Shown: positions 39,516 through 51,375 of the stretch, piece by piece
How positions within the stretch are numbered: the stretch's first letter is position 1
Layout of the letters: each line of letters begins with the position of its first letter
NCBI GenBank assembly: GCA_043228905.1
Contig: JBHGNT010000010.1
Location: forward strand, 13,454,001-13,518,000
DNA length: 64,000 nucleotides
Direction of reading: 5' to 3'
Origin: Azolla caroliniana
Taxonomy: Eukaryota; Plantae; Polypodiophyta
Notes under the pieces: model-generated
Databases searched by the model: none
What the model was told of the DNA's origin: nothing
Seen by the model: the letters and a program-made list of their open reading frames with translations, nothing else
Made by a program: the position numbers and the translations under genes

Positions 39516-42500
39516 TATTTGAAGGGCCCTTCAAGTACCAGAGTATCCATTTGACTGCGTTCCAGTGCTCCTTGCCGGAATTGCTCATAAACCGGCTCAC
39601 CACTGCGATTGCGTATCCAATATCCGGTCGAGTACACACCATTGCGTACATTAAGCTCCCGACAGTAGAGGCATATGGCACCTTCATCATATCCGCCTTG
39701 TCTGCTTTCGTCTTCGGGCTTTGGTTACCGGATAATCTGCAGTTTGCCGGAAGTGTCGATCCGACCGATTTCGCGTCTGACATGTTGAACCGCTGGAGCA
39801 CCTTTGTCACGTATTTCTCCTGTGACAGCCACAATTGCTTCTTTGACCGGTCCCGGATGATGTGTATCCCCAGTATTTGTCTTGTTGGACCCAAGTCTTT
39901 CATTGAGAAAGTTTGGTTTAGAGCCTTCTTCAGCATCCATATTTTGGCTTGGTCCTGTCCGACGATGAACATGTCGTCCACGTACAGAAGGAGTATCAGG
40001 AAGTCGCCTCCTTCGAACTTCTTCACAAACACGTTGTGATCGGCCTGCGTCTTGTGGTACCCTTGATCAGTCATGAAGGAGTCGAACTTCCGGTACCATT
40101 GTCGGGGGAGCCTGCTTCAATCCGTACAGGCTCTTCTTCAACCGGCAAACCAGGTGCTCCTTCCCTTTCTCCATGAATCCTTCCGGTTGTTGCATGTAGA
40201 TCTCCTCTTTGAGGTCACCGTGAAGGAATGTCGTCTTCACGTCTAGCTGCTCTACCTCGAGGTCCATGCTTCCCGCTATACTCAGCACCGTCCGGATAGA
40301 GGTCATCTTTACTACCGGGGCAAATATCTCGTCGAAGTCCACGCCCTTCTTCTCCGACTCCCAGTCGGCAAGAGTCTTGTCCTCCATGAAGATAATATCT
40401 CGACTCCAGAATACTTTCTGGTTGACCAGGTCCCACACTCGGTAGAAGAACTCATCGTCGTCGTAACCGAGGAATATGCATGGCCGGGTCTTCGGATCTA
40501 ACTTTCCTCTCCGGTCCTTAGCTACATGCACGTACGCAAGACACCCGAATACCGTCAGATGCCGGTAGGACACTTCCTTACCGGTCCAGACTCTCTGTGG
40601 CGTGTCTCCATCCAAGGGTACTGAGATGGTGATCTGTTTATCACATATGTCGTCGTCGATAGTGCCTCAGCCCAAAACTTCTTGGGTAATTTTGCATGCG
40701 CCAGCATACTCCGGACCCTCTCCATTATTGTTCGGTTCATCCTCTCGGCCAGCCCGTTTAGTTCCAGCGTCTTCGGCACGGTAAATTCGAGTCGGATTCC
40801 ATTCAAGAGACAGTACTCCTCGAACTGCCCCCGGTATTCACCTCCGGTATCTACTCAAACCGCCTTCAACTTCCAGCCGGTTTCTCTTTCCACTCTCGCG
40901 TGGAGCTCTTTGAAGACGGATAGCACCTGATCCTTCGTCTTCAACGATGTGGCCCACAACTTCCGGCTGTGGTCATCTATGAACGTCACAAAGTACTGTG
41001 ATCCGGCATGTGACTTTGTGTCCACTTGACATACATCAGTATGCACCAACTCTAGTGGTGCATTACGTCTCATCAGTGGCCTCGATCGGAAGGAGGTCCA
41101 GTTTTGTCTACCGGCCAGACAATCTGTGCACTTCTCCAAGTGCACTTTCTTCACTAGAATGAGGTTGTCGTGTGCAAGCCTCTTCATCCACTTCTCGCTC
41201 ATGTGACACAGCCTCTTGTGCCACAGCTCACCAGCAGTGTCAGATGCCACGTTCACCTCTTCCGGGCATAACCGAGCATAACCGGGCATTCATCAGGTAG
41301 AACGTGTTGACCTTCTGGGCGCAAGCCACAATCAGGCTCCCTTTGCTGAACTTTATAACACCGTTCTGGATGCTACATGTGTAGCCTTCATCATCTAGCT
41401 GACCGGCTGATATCAGGTTCAGACGAACCTCCGGAACGTGTCAGACATCCTTCAACATCAGCTTGCATCCGGTTGGTGTTGTCAACCACACATCTCCTAT
41501 GCCGACAATTCGGCATGTACCCTCATTCCCAAGCCGGACACAGCCGTGATCACTGATTGAGTAGGATGAGAAGCATTTCCGGTCCAGGGTAAGGTGGAAC
41601 GACGCTCTGGAGTCGACCACCCACGTCATCTCGTCGCCGGCAAGGTTTAGCTCACTCTCCTCAGTGATGAGCATCAACTCTTCTTCACTTGCCGCGATTG
41701 CCGTCATTCCCTTCCAGTCCGTCCCCCTCCGGTCTTTATTGTTCCGGTCCAGTGTCCCCTTCGAATCGGTACCATCGGTTTCCTTGTCTTTTCGGAAGTG
41801 CCAACAGTTCTTCTGGAAGTATTCGGGCTTACCGCAATAGAAGCAGGTAGGCCTCCCCCTTGACTTTGACCGTGTCCCCGACTTTTCCCAGTTTTGGGGA
41901 CTACGGTTCCTTTGTCTTCCGCGTTCCGATTCGGGAAGGAGAACTTTGGAGTCGGAGCTCGTATCCTTTTCTTTCCGACGCGCCTCCTCATCTAGCAAGC
42001 TCGACTTCACTCTTGCTAGAGATAACCGTTTCCCTTCCGGCCCGGCGTTGCCCAAAGTGACAACCAACGTCTCCCAGCTATCTGGGAGGGAACCGAGCAG
42101 GAGTAGTGCTAGTACCTCATCGGCAAGAGGCACTTCCAATGATGTTGCCTGTTGGATCAGCCCCTGGAAGGCATTCATGTGCTCTGCCATGTTGGAGCCA
42201 TCTTGGTACCGGAGTCTTACTAGCTTCCGAAATACCGAAACTTGATTAACAACATTTTTGTTTTGAAACATAATGTTGATCTTCTCCCAGAGCTCATGAG
42301 CCTTGCTCTCTTCATTGAAGTTGTTGTATAGACTCACGTCGATGAAGCACCGTATGTACGCCGTTGTCTTCATGTGCATCACCTCCCATATCGTGGCATT
42401 GATTTTGTCCGGTCTCTTGTCCCCGAACTGAACCGGCAACCAAAGATCTTTAACCACGAGCATGTCCCTCATCTTCAACTTCCACACTGAATAGTTGGAG

Positions 42501-43139
42501 CCAGTGAGCTTGAACATGCCTCCCAACAAGTATTCCATTTTTCTGTGTCGTTTCGCTCTGATACCACTTTGAAAGGGACTACATGATCCCGAAAACAACG
42601 CTCGGCCACAACCGAGTCTAGGAACAAACACAGAAAAATGGGTAATGCACGCACGACACAGTAAGGAGAAGAGCACATAGGATGTTTACGTGGAAAACCC
42701 AAACACGGGAAAAACCACAACAGTTCACAGATTGCAAACTATCACTATGATACAATATACAGTAGATGAACACAGAGGCAACGACCTCTTGTTCACTGTC
42801 TTCGCCACAGGCGATGGTTACAACAGAGACAACGTCCTCTTCGTCTCTCTCTCTCTCTGTGCACGGTTGCCCTCAAATCTTGCACCAACAAGAATGACAA
42901 CCCCACTATGCTAAGTTTGCCCTAAGTCATATTTATACTAATATGACTTTTCGGCTATTTACAAATATAGCCCCAATGGACTCACAGAAACATATTTACG
43001 AATATTTCCCTTCATCCGGTGAGCACTTCTCACCGGGTCTTCACCATCCGGCTCTTGCCGGGCACTCGTCATCCGGTTCTCATCGGGTCTTCCGTTGCCA
43101 GGTACTCTTATCCCATTCGGAGGGATCTATTTCCTAACA
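39516..43139 (-). mobile_element. Copia family B (Tnt1/Tork-like): 5' LTR 42570-43139, PBS, gag-PR-IN-RT with internal deletion, 3' end lost
   Basis: PBS TGGTATCAGAGC at 42555-42566. Gag/PR 41441-42540. IN 40555-41289. RT LLLYVDD. Deletion fuses IN tail to RT at ~40345 (WESEKKGVDFDEIF). Confidence 0.92.
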
Positions 43140-43381
43140 GGATGTTCAGTGGTTTAGGGTTTATGAGTTGGTCAGTTGTCATGAAGAAATCTTTCTTGGG
43201 GCTTGTGAGCTAGGTGCAGGTGTTGTGGCCGGCGAAGGAGAAGGGGGCTTTCGACTAAAGCTTATATAAGTGGGGAAAAAACGCGTGTCAATCATGGTTT
43301 CAAAATACCGTTTGTAAGTGGCGGGGAGTACGTTGAGGCGGGTCCAAAGGCCGACCAGTTGGCGGCGAGTGGGACCTTTAT

Positions 43382-43801
43382 TCAAATCAAAGGCTGGGTG
43401 GTTGTGTCATTGGAACGGGGGGCTTCGTACGGGCTAGAGTCAAGGAGGATGACTAGGAGTTGTAGGAAACTCAGGCTTGCTTGAATGTCGGGGTCCGAGA
43501 CGTTGAGGTAGGTACGTAGGAATCTTCGCATGACCCGGATCATGGCGGGTTCAATCGGGGATGTGCACGGGGGTCGAGGGAACAACGGCTAGTTGAATTG
43601 AAGAGTGGGTAGGCATGTTTGGGCGGCTTGAAAGTCATGCCATGGCCAACGGCGAGGGAGGGGAAAAAAGGTGGGGCTGGTGCGCAGCTCGGGGGGGTGG
43701 AGGGCAAGCCATTCACGGAAGGATGTGTGTGCCAAGGGAGACTCCACAGGGGTTGGATACCGGGTGGTTCGAGGAGGGGGTCGGCGACGGGGTGGTGCCA
43801 T
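43382..43801 (-). pseudogene. Orphan ORF-e (~139 codons, one internal TAG)
   Basis: ORFs 43589..43834 and 43382..43585 are in the same frame. ATG at 43801. The stop overlaps AATAAA. Confidence 0.4.
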
Positions 43802-44303
43802 CCTCGAGTGGGGGTGGGGTTTGCAACCGCCCAAGTAGACATCTTATCGCGGTAAACATGGGATGGGGGTAAAGGAAGATGTCGACTTGGGGTTCGGAGG
43901 TGATTTTGGGGTAATAGGTGTAGAGACAGGTGAGGAGTAGGGGAGTCTCGCAGAAGTCGAACTCCCAGGGGATGGGGGCGGCAAATTGATTATCAAGGCG
44001 AGTCTCCCAACTGGTCCTGCTTTCGATGCAATCAAGGGCGGTTTGGAGGCCGTGGGTGAGTTGGTAATAACGGTCGACCAAATCAGCGTGGAAGGCCACA
44101 ACATTGAATCGGGCGCTTGGGGTGTGGAGTAGAGGAGGTGTAGTGAAGATGGGGGGGGGGGGGGGGGGGGGGTAGTTGTTGGTGGAGCATGAGGTGGGCG
44201 ATGGGGTGGTTGAAAGGGAGAGCTTTGCGGAGGATGGCCTCCATGAATGTTCGACCCGGGGAGGGAGGGTGAGGGCGAGGAGGTGGCTAGGTGTCAAGTT
44301 CAT
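43713..44303 (-). CDS. Orphan ORF-d, 196 aa, unknown function
   Basis: ATG overlaps the upstream TGA (TGATG). Globular-looking core RFNVVAFHADLVDRYYQL...IFLYPHPMF. The frame crosses a long G run. Confidence 0.5.
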   Translation of the reverse strand: MNLTPSHLLALTLPPRVEHSWRPSSAKLSLSTTPSPTSCSTNNYPPPPPPPIFTTPPLLHTPSARFNVVAFHADLVDRYYQLTHGLQTALDCIESRTSWETRLDNQFAAPIPWEFDFCETPLLLTCLYTYYPKITSEPQVDIFLYPHPMFTAIRCLLGRLQTPPPLEDGTTPSPTPSSNHPVSNPCGVSLGTHILP

Positions 44304-45142
44304 CAGGTGAGTTGTGGTCCCAATCCAACAGGTTGATCTCCCGGGGGGGGGGGGGGGGGAGGGGGGTGCGGGGGTAGGAGGGCACGAGCACGAGCACGAG
44401 CCTCATCGAACGTCATGAGTTGATACTCACGAGAGACGTCGAGGTATAGGGCTAATTCTGGTATGTCGTCAGCCTCGAGGTCGGTGGGCCAGTTGAATGT
44501 GGTATATTCGATGCTAAATATGTGAGTATGAACCCTGACGTACCAGGCGGTTTGCCAAGCATGTATTAGCCAAAGGAAACCGAAAGGGGGTATGGAGGTC
44601 ATAGTGTTCTCCAACAGGGTGCGGGTGAGGGTGTCGACGATGAGGTGTAAGCGCACCAGTGTTACGAAGAGGTGGGCTAGTTGGTCTTCGGTTACTTGCA
44701 TCGTGATATCAGAAGGGTAGGTGAAATAGATCACGTTAGAGATGTCTAAGTCAGGGGTGAGGGTGGTGTGAAGGTAAACCATACCTTCGAGGAACAAAAT
44801 AGGGAGATGTTGGGGGAAGAGCTCGCCGGGTGGGGGAGAAGGTTCTTTGGTGGCTTCCTGGTACAACATGAAGAGGGCAAGGGTGTGGTTGTCTTCAGGG
44901 AGTACTCGGATGAAGGTCTACCGGTCTGGGGGTGTGGCGTCGTCAAAGAATACGCGATGCGTGGCGGCCAACGACCGAACAACGCACGTGGCTTGGATGA
45001 GGAGGGTACGCGGTGTACGTGGTGCAGTGAAAAGTTCGGAGAGCAGGGATGTCGAGGTCACGTACACCAAGAGTGCCTGAATCATATTCGGAGAGCCAGT
45101 TGGGGTAAGGAGAGGTGTCTGAACGGTGGAGGGGTCCGTCAT
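44303..45142 (-). pseudogene. Orphan ORF-c (~279 aa, one internal TAG at 44918-44920)
   Basis: 44918..45142 and 44303..44869 are joined in frame by 16 sense codons (TFIRVLPEDNHTLALF). Starts at an ATGA overlap with ORF-b. Confidence 0.55.
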
Positions 45143-45840
45143 GCCAGGGTTGAGGGCGTGTTCAAGGGCGGTTTTGGACATGCGGAGGTGGAGGATGTCC
45201 TTTTCGAGGTCGGCGCACTGGCGGCGATGTTTGATGAGGAGACATCAACTTGGTGAACCATGGTATCACGGTCAAGCTTGATGGTGGTAATCTCACTCGT
45301 GAATTGGTGAGTTGTGGCCATGGCGATGGCCAGAGCCTTGGACCATTCGGAGAGATCAGCTATCGTGGTTGTGAGGCGGGACTTGGTCAGTTGGTGTTGG
45401 GTGGTGAGGCGGACATACTCGGTCAAGAGTTCGGCATGTGTTTGTGCCACGCATTCCTGGTCATGGTGCCAGGTATTCCGAGTTTGTTGGAACTCATCAG
45501 CGAGTTGTTGGTGTCCAATTTGCGTCTTTAGCAGTTCTTGCTTGAGGAGGTAATGGGCGGCCACTTGGCACGTGTTGGTATGGAGGGCGCTTCGTACCTC
45601 AGCGGCCAAGATCTCGTTCCGTGTAGAGATCTTGTGTCGGTCGGTGGCGATCTGTTGGGCCTGTGCATGAACTTGAAGTAGGCGACGGTTGACAACAACA
45701 GTCATCTTGAGGAGGTCGGCCACCATGTCGGTTAAGGGTTTGGGGGGCATGGCGAGGGAGGGGGTAGGGTGGGCAGTGACTGCAGTGAGCGGGGTAGAGA
45801 AGGGCACGGAGGTCGGGTGGGGTGGTGGCAGGGTTGTCAT
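45139..45840 (-). CDS. Orphan ORF-b, 233 aa, predicted coiled-coil protein
   Basis: Intact ATG-TGA ORF with heptad-like Leu/Gln-rich helices flanked by Pro/Thr/Ser-rich ends. Confidence 0.55.
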   Translation of the reverse strand: MTTLPPPHPTSVPFSTPLTAVTAHPTPSLAMPPKPLTDMVADLLKMTVVVNRRLLQVHAQAQQIATDRHKISTRNEILAAEVRSALHTNTCQVAAHYLLKQELLKTQIGHQQLADEFQQTRNTWHHDQECVAQTHAELLTEYVRLTTQHQLTKSRLTTTIADLSEWSKALAIAMATTHQFTSEITTIKLDRDTMVHQVDVSSSNIAASAPTSKRTSSTSACPKPPLNTPSTLA

Positions 45841-46047
45841 CTAGACGAGAGCAATGGTGGGTTGAAGGGGGACGGCCGGGGTTGCGGGTGATGGCCGGTC
45901 GGGTTCAAGGTACTTGAGCTGTGAGGCGGCCGTGGCGACCCGGTAAGTACATCAGGTGTTGTTGAACACCGCTGGAATGACTAAGGAACCGCACCCTACG
46001 TCGGGGTAGTATGCGTAGAGGAGTTTGATGAATTGAGGAGACGTCAT
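45841..46047 (-). pseudogene. Orphan ORF-a (68 codons, one internal TGA)
   Basis: MTSPQFIKLLYAYYPDVGCGSLVIPAVFNNT*CTYRVATAASQLKYLEPD...IALV. Its TAG abuts the ATG of ORF-b. Preceded by GACTAATATTTTCCCCACAG. Confidence 0.4.
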
Positions 46048-46124
46048 CGTTTGCAACCTGTGGGGAAAATATTAGTCTAGTTAAATTCAATGACGAATCC
46101 CGATTGGCAGGGCGGGGAGGAATA

Positions 46125-47023
46125 TTGTTCGAGTGGTTAGGCCCCTCGAACATGTGCAGTTTGAGGGGTTAGGTTCCTCGAATATGTCTGGTTCGAGGAG
46201 TTAGGCCTCTCGAACATGTGTGTTTCGAGGAGTTGGGCTCCTCGAACAATGTCTGGTTCGAGGAGTTAGGCTCCTTGAACAATGTGTTTTATTTATTATT
46301 TTCCTTCAATTTTTGCTGTTTAATTTATTTGTATTTTATTTACTTTACTTTTTATCAAACTACTCTGTACAAATTAACCTTAATGTGATTTTCCCTCATT
46401 TCTTGTTTTTGGAAGGGAAGATATTAATGTCTTTTTTGAGGCGCTATCTATTTATTTATTATGTCCAATTATCCTACCTCCTCGAACAATGTGAGGTTTG
46501 AGGAGATAGGGTCCTCGAACAATGCGCGGTCCGAGGAGTTAGGGTCCTCGAACAATGTACAATATGAGTAGTTAGGCGCCTCGAACAATGTGCGGTTTGA
46601 GGAGTTAGGGTCCTCGAACAATGTGCGGTTCGAGGAGTTAGGGTCCTCGAACATTGTGGGGTTCGAGGAGTTAGGTTTCTTGAACACTGTGGGGTTCCAG
46701 GAGTTAGGCTCCTCCAACAATGTGCAGTTCGAGGAGTTAGGCTCCTCGAACAACACATTGTTCGAGGAGTTAGGCTCCTCGAACATTGTGCGGTTCGAGG
46801 ATTTAGGCTCCTCCAACAATGTGCGGGTGGAGGAGTTAGGGTTCGAGGAGTTAGGTTTCTTGAACACTGTGGGGTTCGAGGAGTTAGGCGCCTCCAACAA
46901 TGTGCGGTTCGAGGAGTTAGGCTCCTCGAACATTGTGCGGTTCGAGGATTTAGGCTCCTCCAACAATTTGCGGGTGGAGGAGTTAGGCGCCTCGAACACT
47001 GTGTGGTTCGAGGAGTTAGGCTC
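46125..47023. repeat. Array of ~22 palindromic 33-bp units in two blocks split by an AT-rich spacer
   Basis: Consensus GTTCGAGGAG-TTAGG-CTCCTCGAAC-AATGTGCG. Blocks at ~46125-46285 and ~46476-47023. Confidence 0.95.
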
Positions 47024-48423
47024 GCTGTCCGACTAGGCAACGGGCAGGAATGCAAAATCGCAGGGACCGGAGAAGTTCCCATCCGATTGCCCAATGGCAA
47101 CATGATCACCCTCCATTGAGTTCGACACGAACCGGATCTAAAAAGGAGCCATCGGCATGCTAGCCGAAGATGGGTACAAAACGACTCTAAGTCAGTCGGT
47201 ATGGATGATCAACCAAGGAAACCTGACGATAGGAGGCGGGCACAAGTACAATAACTTGTACCCAATGATGGCAATCAATCTAGAAGGTTCGTGAACGTAG
47301 CCGAATAGACCGACCCAAACCTATGGCATGGCGTAGCCGAACTTGATCGGTTGATGGCAATCGGCTACATCCCTAAACTCCAAGCAAAGATAGACGTCTG
47401 CGAGCATTGTCGATACGGGAAACATGCCCGAAGTTCACACGCTCTTCACTACGAGACAATACGAAAGCCCCTAGAGCTCGGGCACACAGATATATGTGGG
47501 ACCATGCCAAAGCAATCACTAGGAGGCTCCTAGTACTTCATCACCTTTGTAGATGACTGACTGTACATGGAAAGTCTTGGCCTACTCGATCAGGTCCAAA
47601 GACAAAGCGCTCGAGGTCTTCACTCGGTGGACATCTGAAGTGGAGAACCGGTCGGGACATAGAGTGAAGACACTCTTATTCGACAACCGAGGCGAATATA
47701 CCTCTAGAGCCTTCAAGCAACACTTGTCTAACAAAGGGTTCCGACATCAAAAGATTGTTCCATACACACCCATGCAGAATGGAGTGACAGAATGGATCAA
47801 CCGAATGATCTAGGAGAGGGTGACAGCAATGCGGACAATAAGCTGAACTAAAGCTGGAATTCTAGGCTAAAGCATTGCAGACGGCAGTATACTTGGTAAA
47901 TCTATCACTGTCGAGGGCAATCAAGCTCGAAGTGCCATAGCCACTATGGTCAGAAAAACAGCCAACCTACGATAGGCTCTGTGTATTCGGATGCGAAGCT
48001 TACGTGTTCATCCCCATGGAGAAAAGGACCAAGTTGGCACCCCATGCAGCGAAATGCATATTTCTCGGTTATGGAACCGATGGGGATTTTGGCTACCGGC
48101 TATGGGACCCTGAGAACCAGAAATAGATTCGGAGCAGTGACGTAGTCTTCAATGAAGACTCTATCTTCTCTCAGCGGAACTAAGAGAAAATAGTTGGTAA
48201 AAAGGTATCCTTCGAAGCCGACAGAGATGTCGTAGAAGGAGTATCCCACCCACCCAGCTCAGAGATTCGACAATCAGTTGAACTTGACCAAGCCGGCAAC
48301 ATACCTGCCGACTCCGAATTGGTAGGAGGTCCACTAGTCGAACTTGAAGACAAAGCCATCAAAGATAGAGCCAATTCGACAAGGGTCGAAGAAGGTAAAG
48401 CCAACAAGATACGAGTAGGCAAC
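47024..48423 (+). mobile_element. Copia family E fragment (PR end to integrase)
   Basis: RLGNGQECKIAG, CEHCRYGKH, HTDICG, DNRGEY, PYTPMQNG. Confidence 0.88.
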
Positions 48424-48527
48424 TGTTGGGAATTCGGTCCCTCTGGATGGGATCCGGATGACAACCGGATGAGCCGGATGAAGGAACCGGATCCGGAAGG
48501 GTTCCGGATGAGACCCAGAAACCGGAT
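48424..48527 (+). repeat. 5' stub of a family B LTR
   Basis: TGTTGGGAATTCGGTCCCTCTGGATGGGATCCGGATG matches the reverse complement of 36440-36478. Confidence 0.8.
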
Positions 48528-48598
48528 TGTAAAGAAATGGAGTTGGTGGTGTAATGGACCGGAAGATGATTGAGTGTGTGTGTGTGTGTGTGTACAAC

Positions 48599-48647
<49 letters not shown>

Positions 48648-51375
48648 CTTAACAAGAAAACTATATAGTACTTCCAACAGTAACAAGGTTACAAAGGGTT
48701 GGTTTAAATACCAACTAAACTAGGGCAAGGGCCCTTTCTACTATTTACAAAGCTAGCATGGTATGCCCATGAGCTAGTGTGAAACCTATTACTATGGGAA
48801 GTTGAGTTCGACTCTCAACACGCCCCTTCGAACACAACTTCTATCTATCGAAAGGTTGTTCGGTTCGTAGTTCAACTCATCTCGTCGGCTTTGATCAACT
48901 GCGTATTATGTATTTGCATATCGTGCGTACGTTGTTTGGTTCACTGTTCTATACTCCCCCTCAAGCTCGGCTGGTCGGGAAGAGATAGGCCAAGGTTCGA
49001 CGTGAACTGTCGAAGCTTGTCGATACCAAGTGCTTTTGTGAAATTGTTGGCTACCTGTAGGTGCGTACTGAGATGTTATAAATCGATATCTCCGGCATGT
49101 ACGCGCTCGCGGTTGAAATGGTAGTGCACTTCGATGTGCTTAGTCCGTGCATGGCATACGGGGTTCCAAGTGAGGTAGATGTTGCTGATGTTGTCGCAGT
49201 ATAGACGAATTGGATCTTTGATTAGTATGCCCAACTCCTTCAGTATATGCTTGAGCCATACGACATCGCATGCGGCGACGACCGCGCCCCTGTATTCGGC
49301 TTTGATGCTCGACAGTGCGACTATCGGCTGCTTCTTACTGCTCCAGGAGATCTCTCCGCTACCAAGAGAGAAGATGAATCCAGATGTGGATTGTCTATCT
49401 GCTTTTTTTCTTGCCCAGTCTGCGTCTGTGTACCCTTTGAGTCAAATGATCGTATTCGACTTATACATGATGCCATAGTCCATCATCGTGCTGACATACT
49501 GAAGTATCCGCTTAGCGCAATCCAGATGAAGATTTCGCGGATATTGCATAAATTGACTAAGCAGGCCGACTGAATAGTTGAGGTCAAGTCTCATGATGGT
49601 TAGATAAATTAAGCTACCGATCAGTTGAAGATACTGAGTCGGCTCCATGCATCTGAGCGTATCCTTTCACTATGAGTCGAGCTTTGTAGCGGTTTACGGA
49701 GACATCAGTGTTATACTTCACCTTGTAGATCCATCTCCAACCAATCGCCTTCTTGTGCGGTGAGTGGGGAACGAGATCCCCTGTCTCGTTCTTGGAGAGT
49801 GCTTGCATCTCCTTATTCATCGCTTCAAACCACCTAGGGTCCTTCGTAGCTTCGGAAAACGTTTCCGGCTCCCGTATTGTCGCTACCTTCATCATAAAGG
49901 CGTAATGATATGCCATGTACTCATTGTAGCCATAACAATTTACGGGGTTCTTCTCTCGAGTGGACCGGCGTAGCTTTTCGTTCGCTGATTCTCAAGCTTT
50001 CTTCACGCCATCTATCCGGATGTCAAGGCTTTTGAACTCACTATCAAGGGAGTGAGTCGATTCGAATTCGAATTGGTCTTCGTATTCCCACATTTTCGTC
50101 TTCCCTTTGTCCAGCTTTGGACTCGACCGAGATGTGCTTTGATCTCTCGGCAGCTCTGACGGCCCACTCAATCGTGTCGTAATTGGGCTTTCGTCGAACA
50201 TGCGCGTAAATTTATCTTCAGCTTCTGCCTCTATTTCGGCGTATATTAGAGTCGAAGTCGAAGTTCTCTCTAGTGCGTACCAGTATGCAGACTCATCGAA
50301 AACAACATCTCGACTGGTTCGAAGTTCAAACTTTTCGAGTAGATGGATTGTAGCATTTGTACCCCTTCTGTTCGAGCGAGAGGATACATTTCTCCGACTT
50401 TGGGTCGAGCTTTTGTCATGTATTGTCGGGAATATGTACGTAAGTGATTGCACCGAAAATGCGAACATGTGATAAGTCCGCCTTGTTTCCAAAGAAATTC
50501 TCATGAGGAGTTACGTCGTGTACTCCCAAGGTTGTGCACCTATTCATGAGGTATACGGCCATGTTCGCTGCTTCTGCCCAGTACGGTTTCGGTAGATTCT
50601 TCTCATGCATCATAGCTCGAGCAACTTCTACTATGTGCCGGTTTTTATGCTCAGCTACGTCGTTCTACAGAGGTGTGTGACGGCATGAAAATTGTCGTCA
50701 GATTCCTTCCTTTCGGAGGTATGCCGTAAACTCATCCAAAAAATATTCTTTGCCTCCATCTAATCGAAGGTAGGGTACGTGTCGACCTGTAGTTTTTTCG
50801 ACTTCAGCTTTGAATCTCTGGAAGTATCTGAACACTTCGCTCTTTTGTTTCATCGAGTAGATCCAGGAGTTCCTAGAGAAGTCGTCGATGAACGTAACGT
50901 AATATCGACATCCGCCGATTGTGCTTGTTTGGGCCGGTCCCCATACATCTCTGAATGTACGACATCCAGGATCCCTTTGCTCACATTCCGTTCTTTCGGG
51001 AATGGATGTCAACATTGCTTTCCGAACTGGCACACTTAATCTCCTGCATGGTAAAGTTCTGGAGTCTGAGTACGACTCCTCTCGATTGCATGTTCTAAAT
51101 TTTTTGGAGATTGATGTGACCAATTCTCTTGTGCCACAAGTTTAGGTCTGTTTCGACTTTGAGTCCCTTTGCAAACATGGCGATTTTACCTCCTTCGATT
51201 CGAGGACAAACATACGGCGTTCATGATGTCCATGAGCTATGACTCGGTCGCCTCTTTCGATAAAGCACCCATCATTGTTGAATCATACTTGCATTCCTTG
51301 TTCGACAATCTGGCCGACCAAGACCAAGTTTTTCGTGATTGTTGGAACATGTTGTACGTTCTTGAGGTACGTTTG

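Noticed and set aside
43179-43385. 68-aa TTG-start ORF as part of the cassette
   Set aside because: It has a non-ATG start and spans the AATAAA/TATA region, so it is more likely intergenic.
44768-45553. Plus-strand ORFs opposite the cassette
   Set aside because: They are antisense shadows of the C-rich minus-strand ORFs with no start-stop coupling.
46125-47023. CRISPR array
   Set aside because: The palindromic units are separated by only ~8 near-identical nt with no unique spacers. There are no cas genes and the context is eukaryotic.
46469-47109. Repetitive ORFs (FEEPNSSNRT...) as real proteins
   Set aside because: Several frames on both strands are open simply because the unit is 33 bp.
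48750-48830. tRNA T-arm GTTGAGTTCGACTCTCAAC
   Set aside because: Better explained as the U3 terminal hairpin of a copia LTR next to its PPT. No convincing A box.
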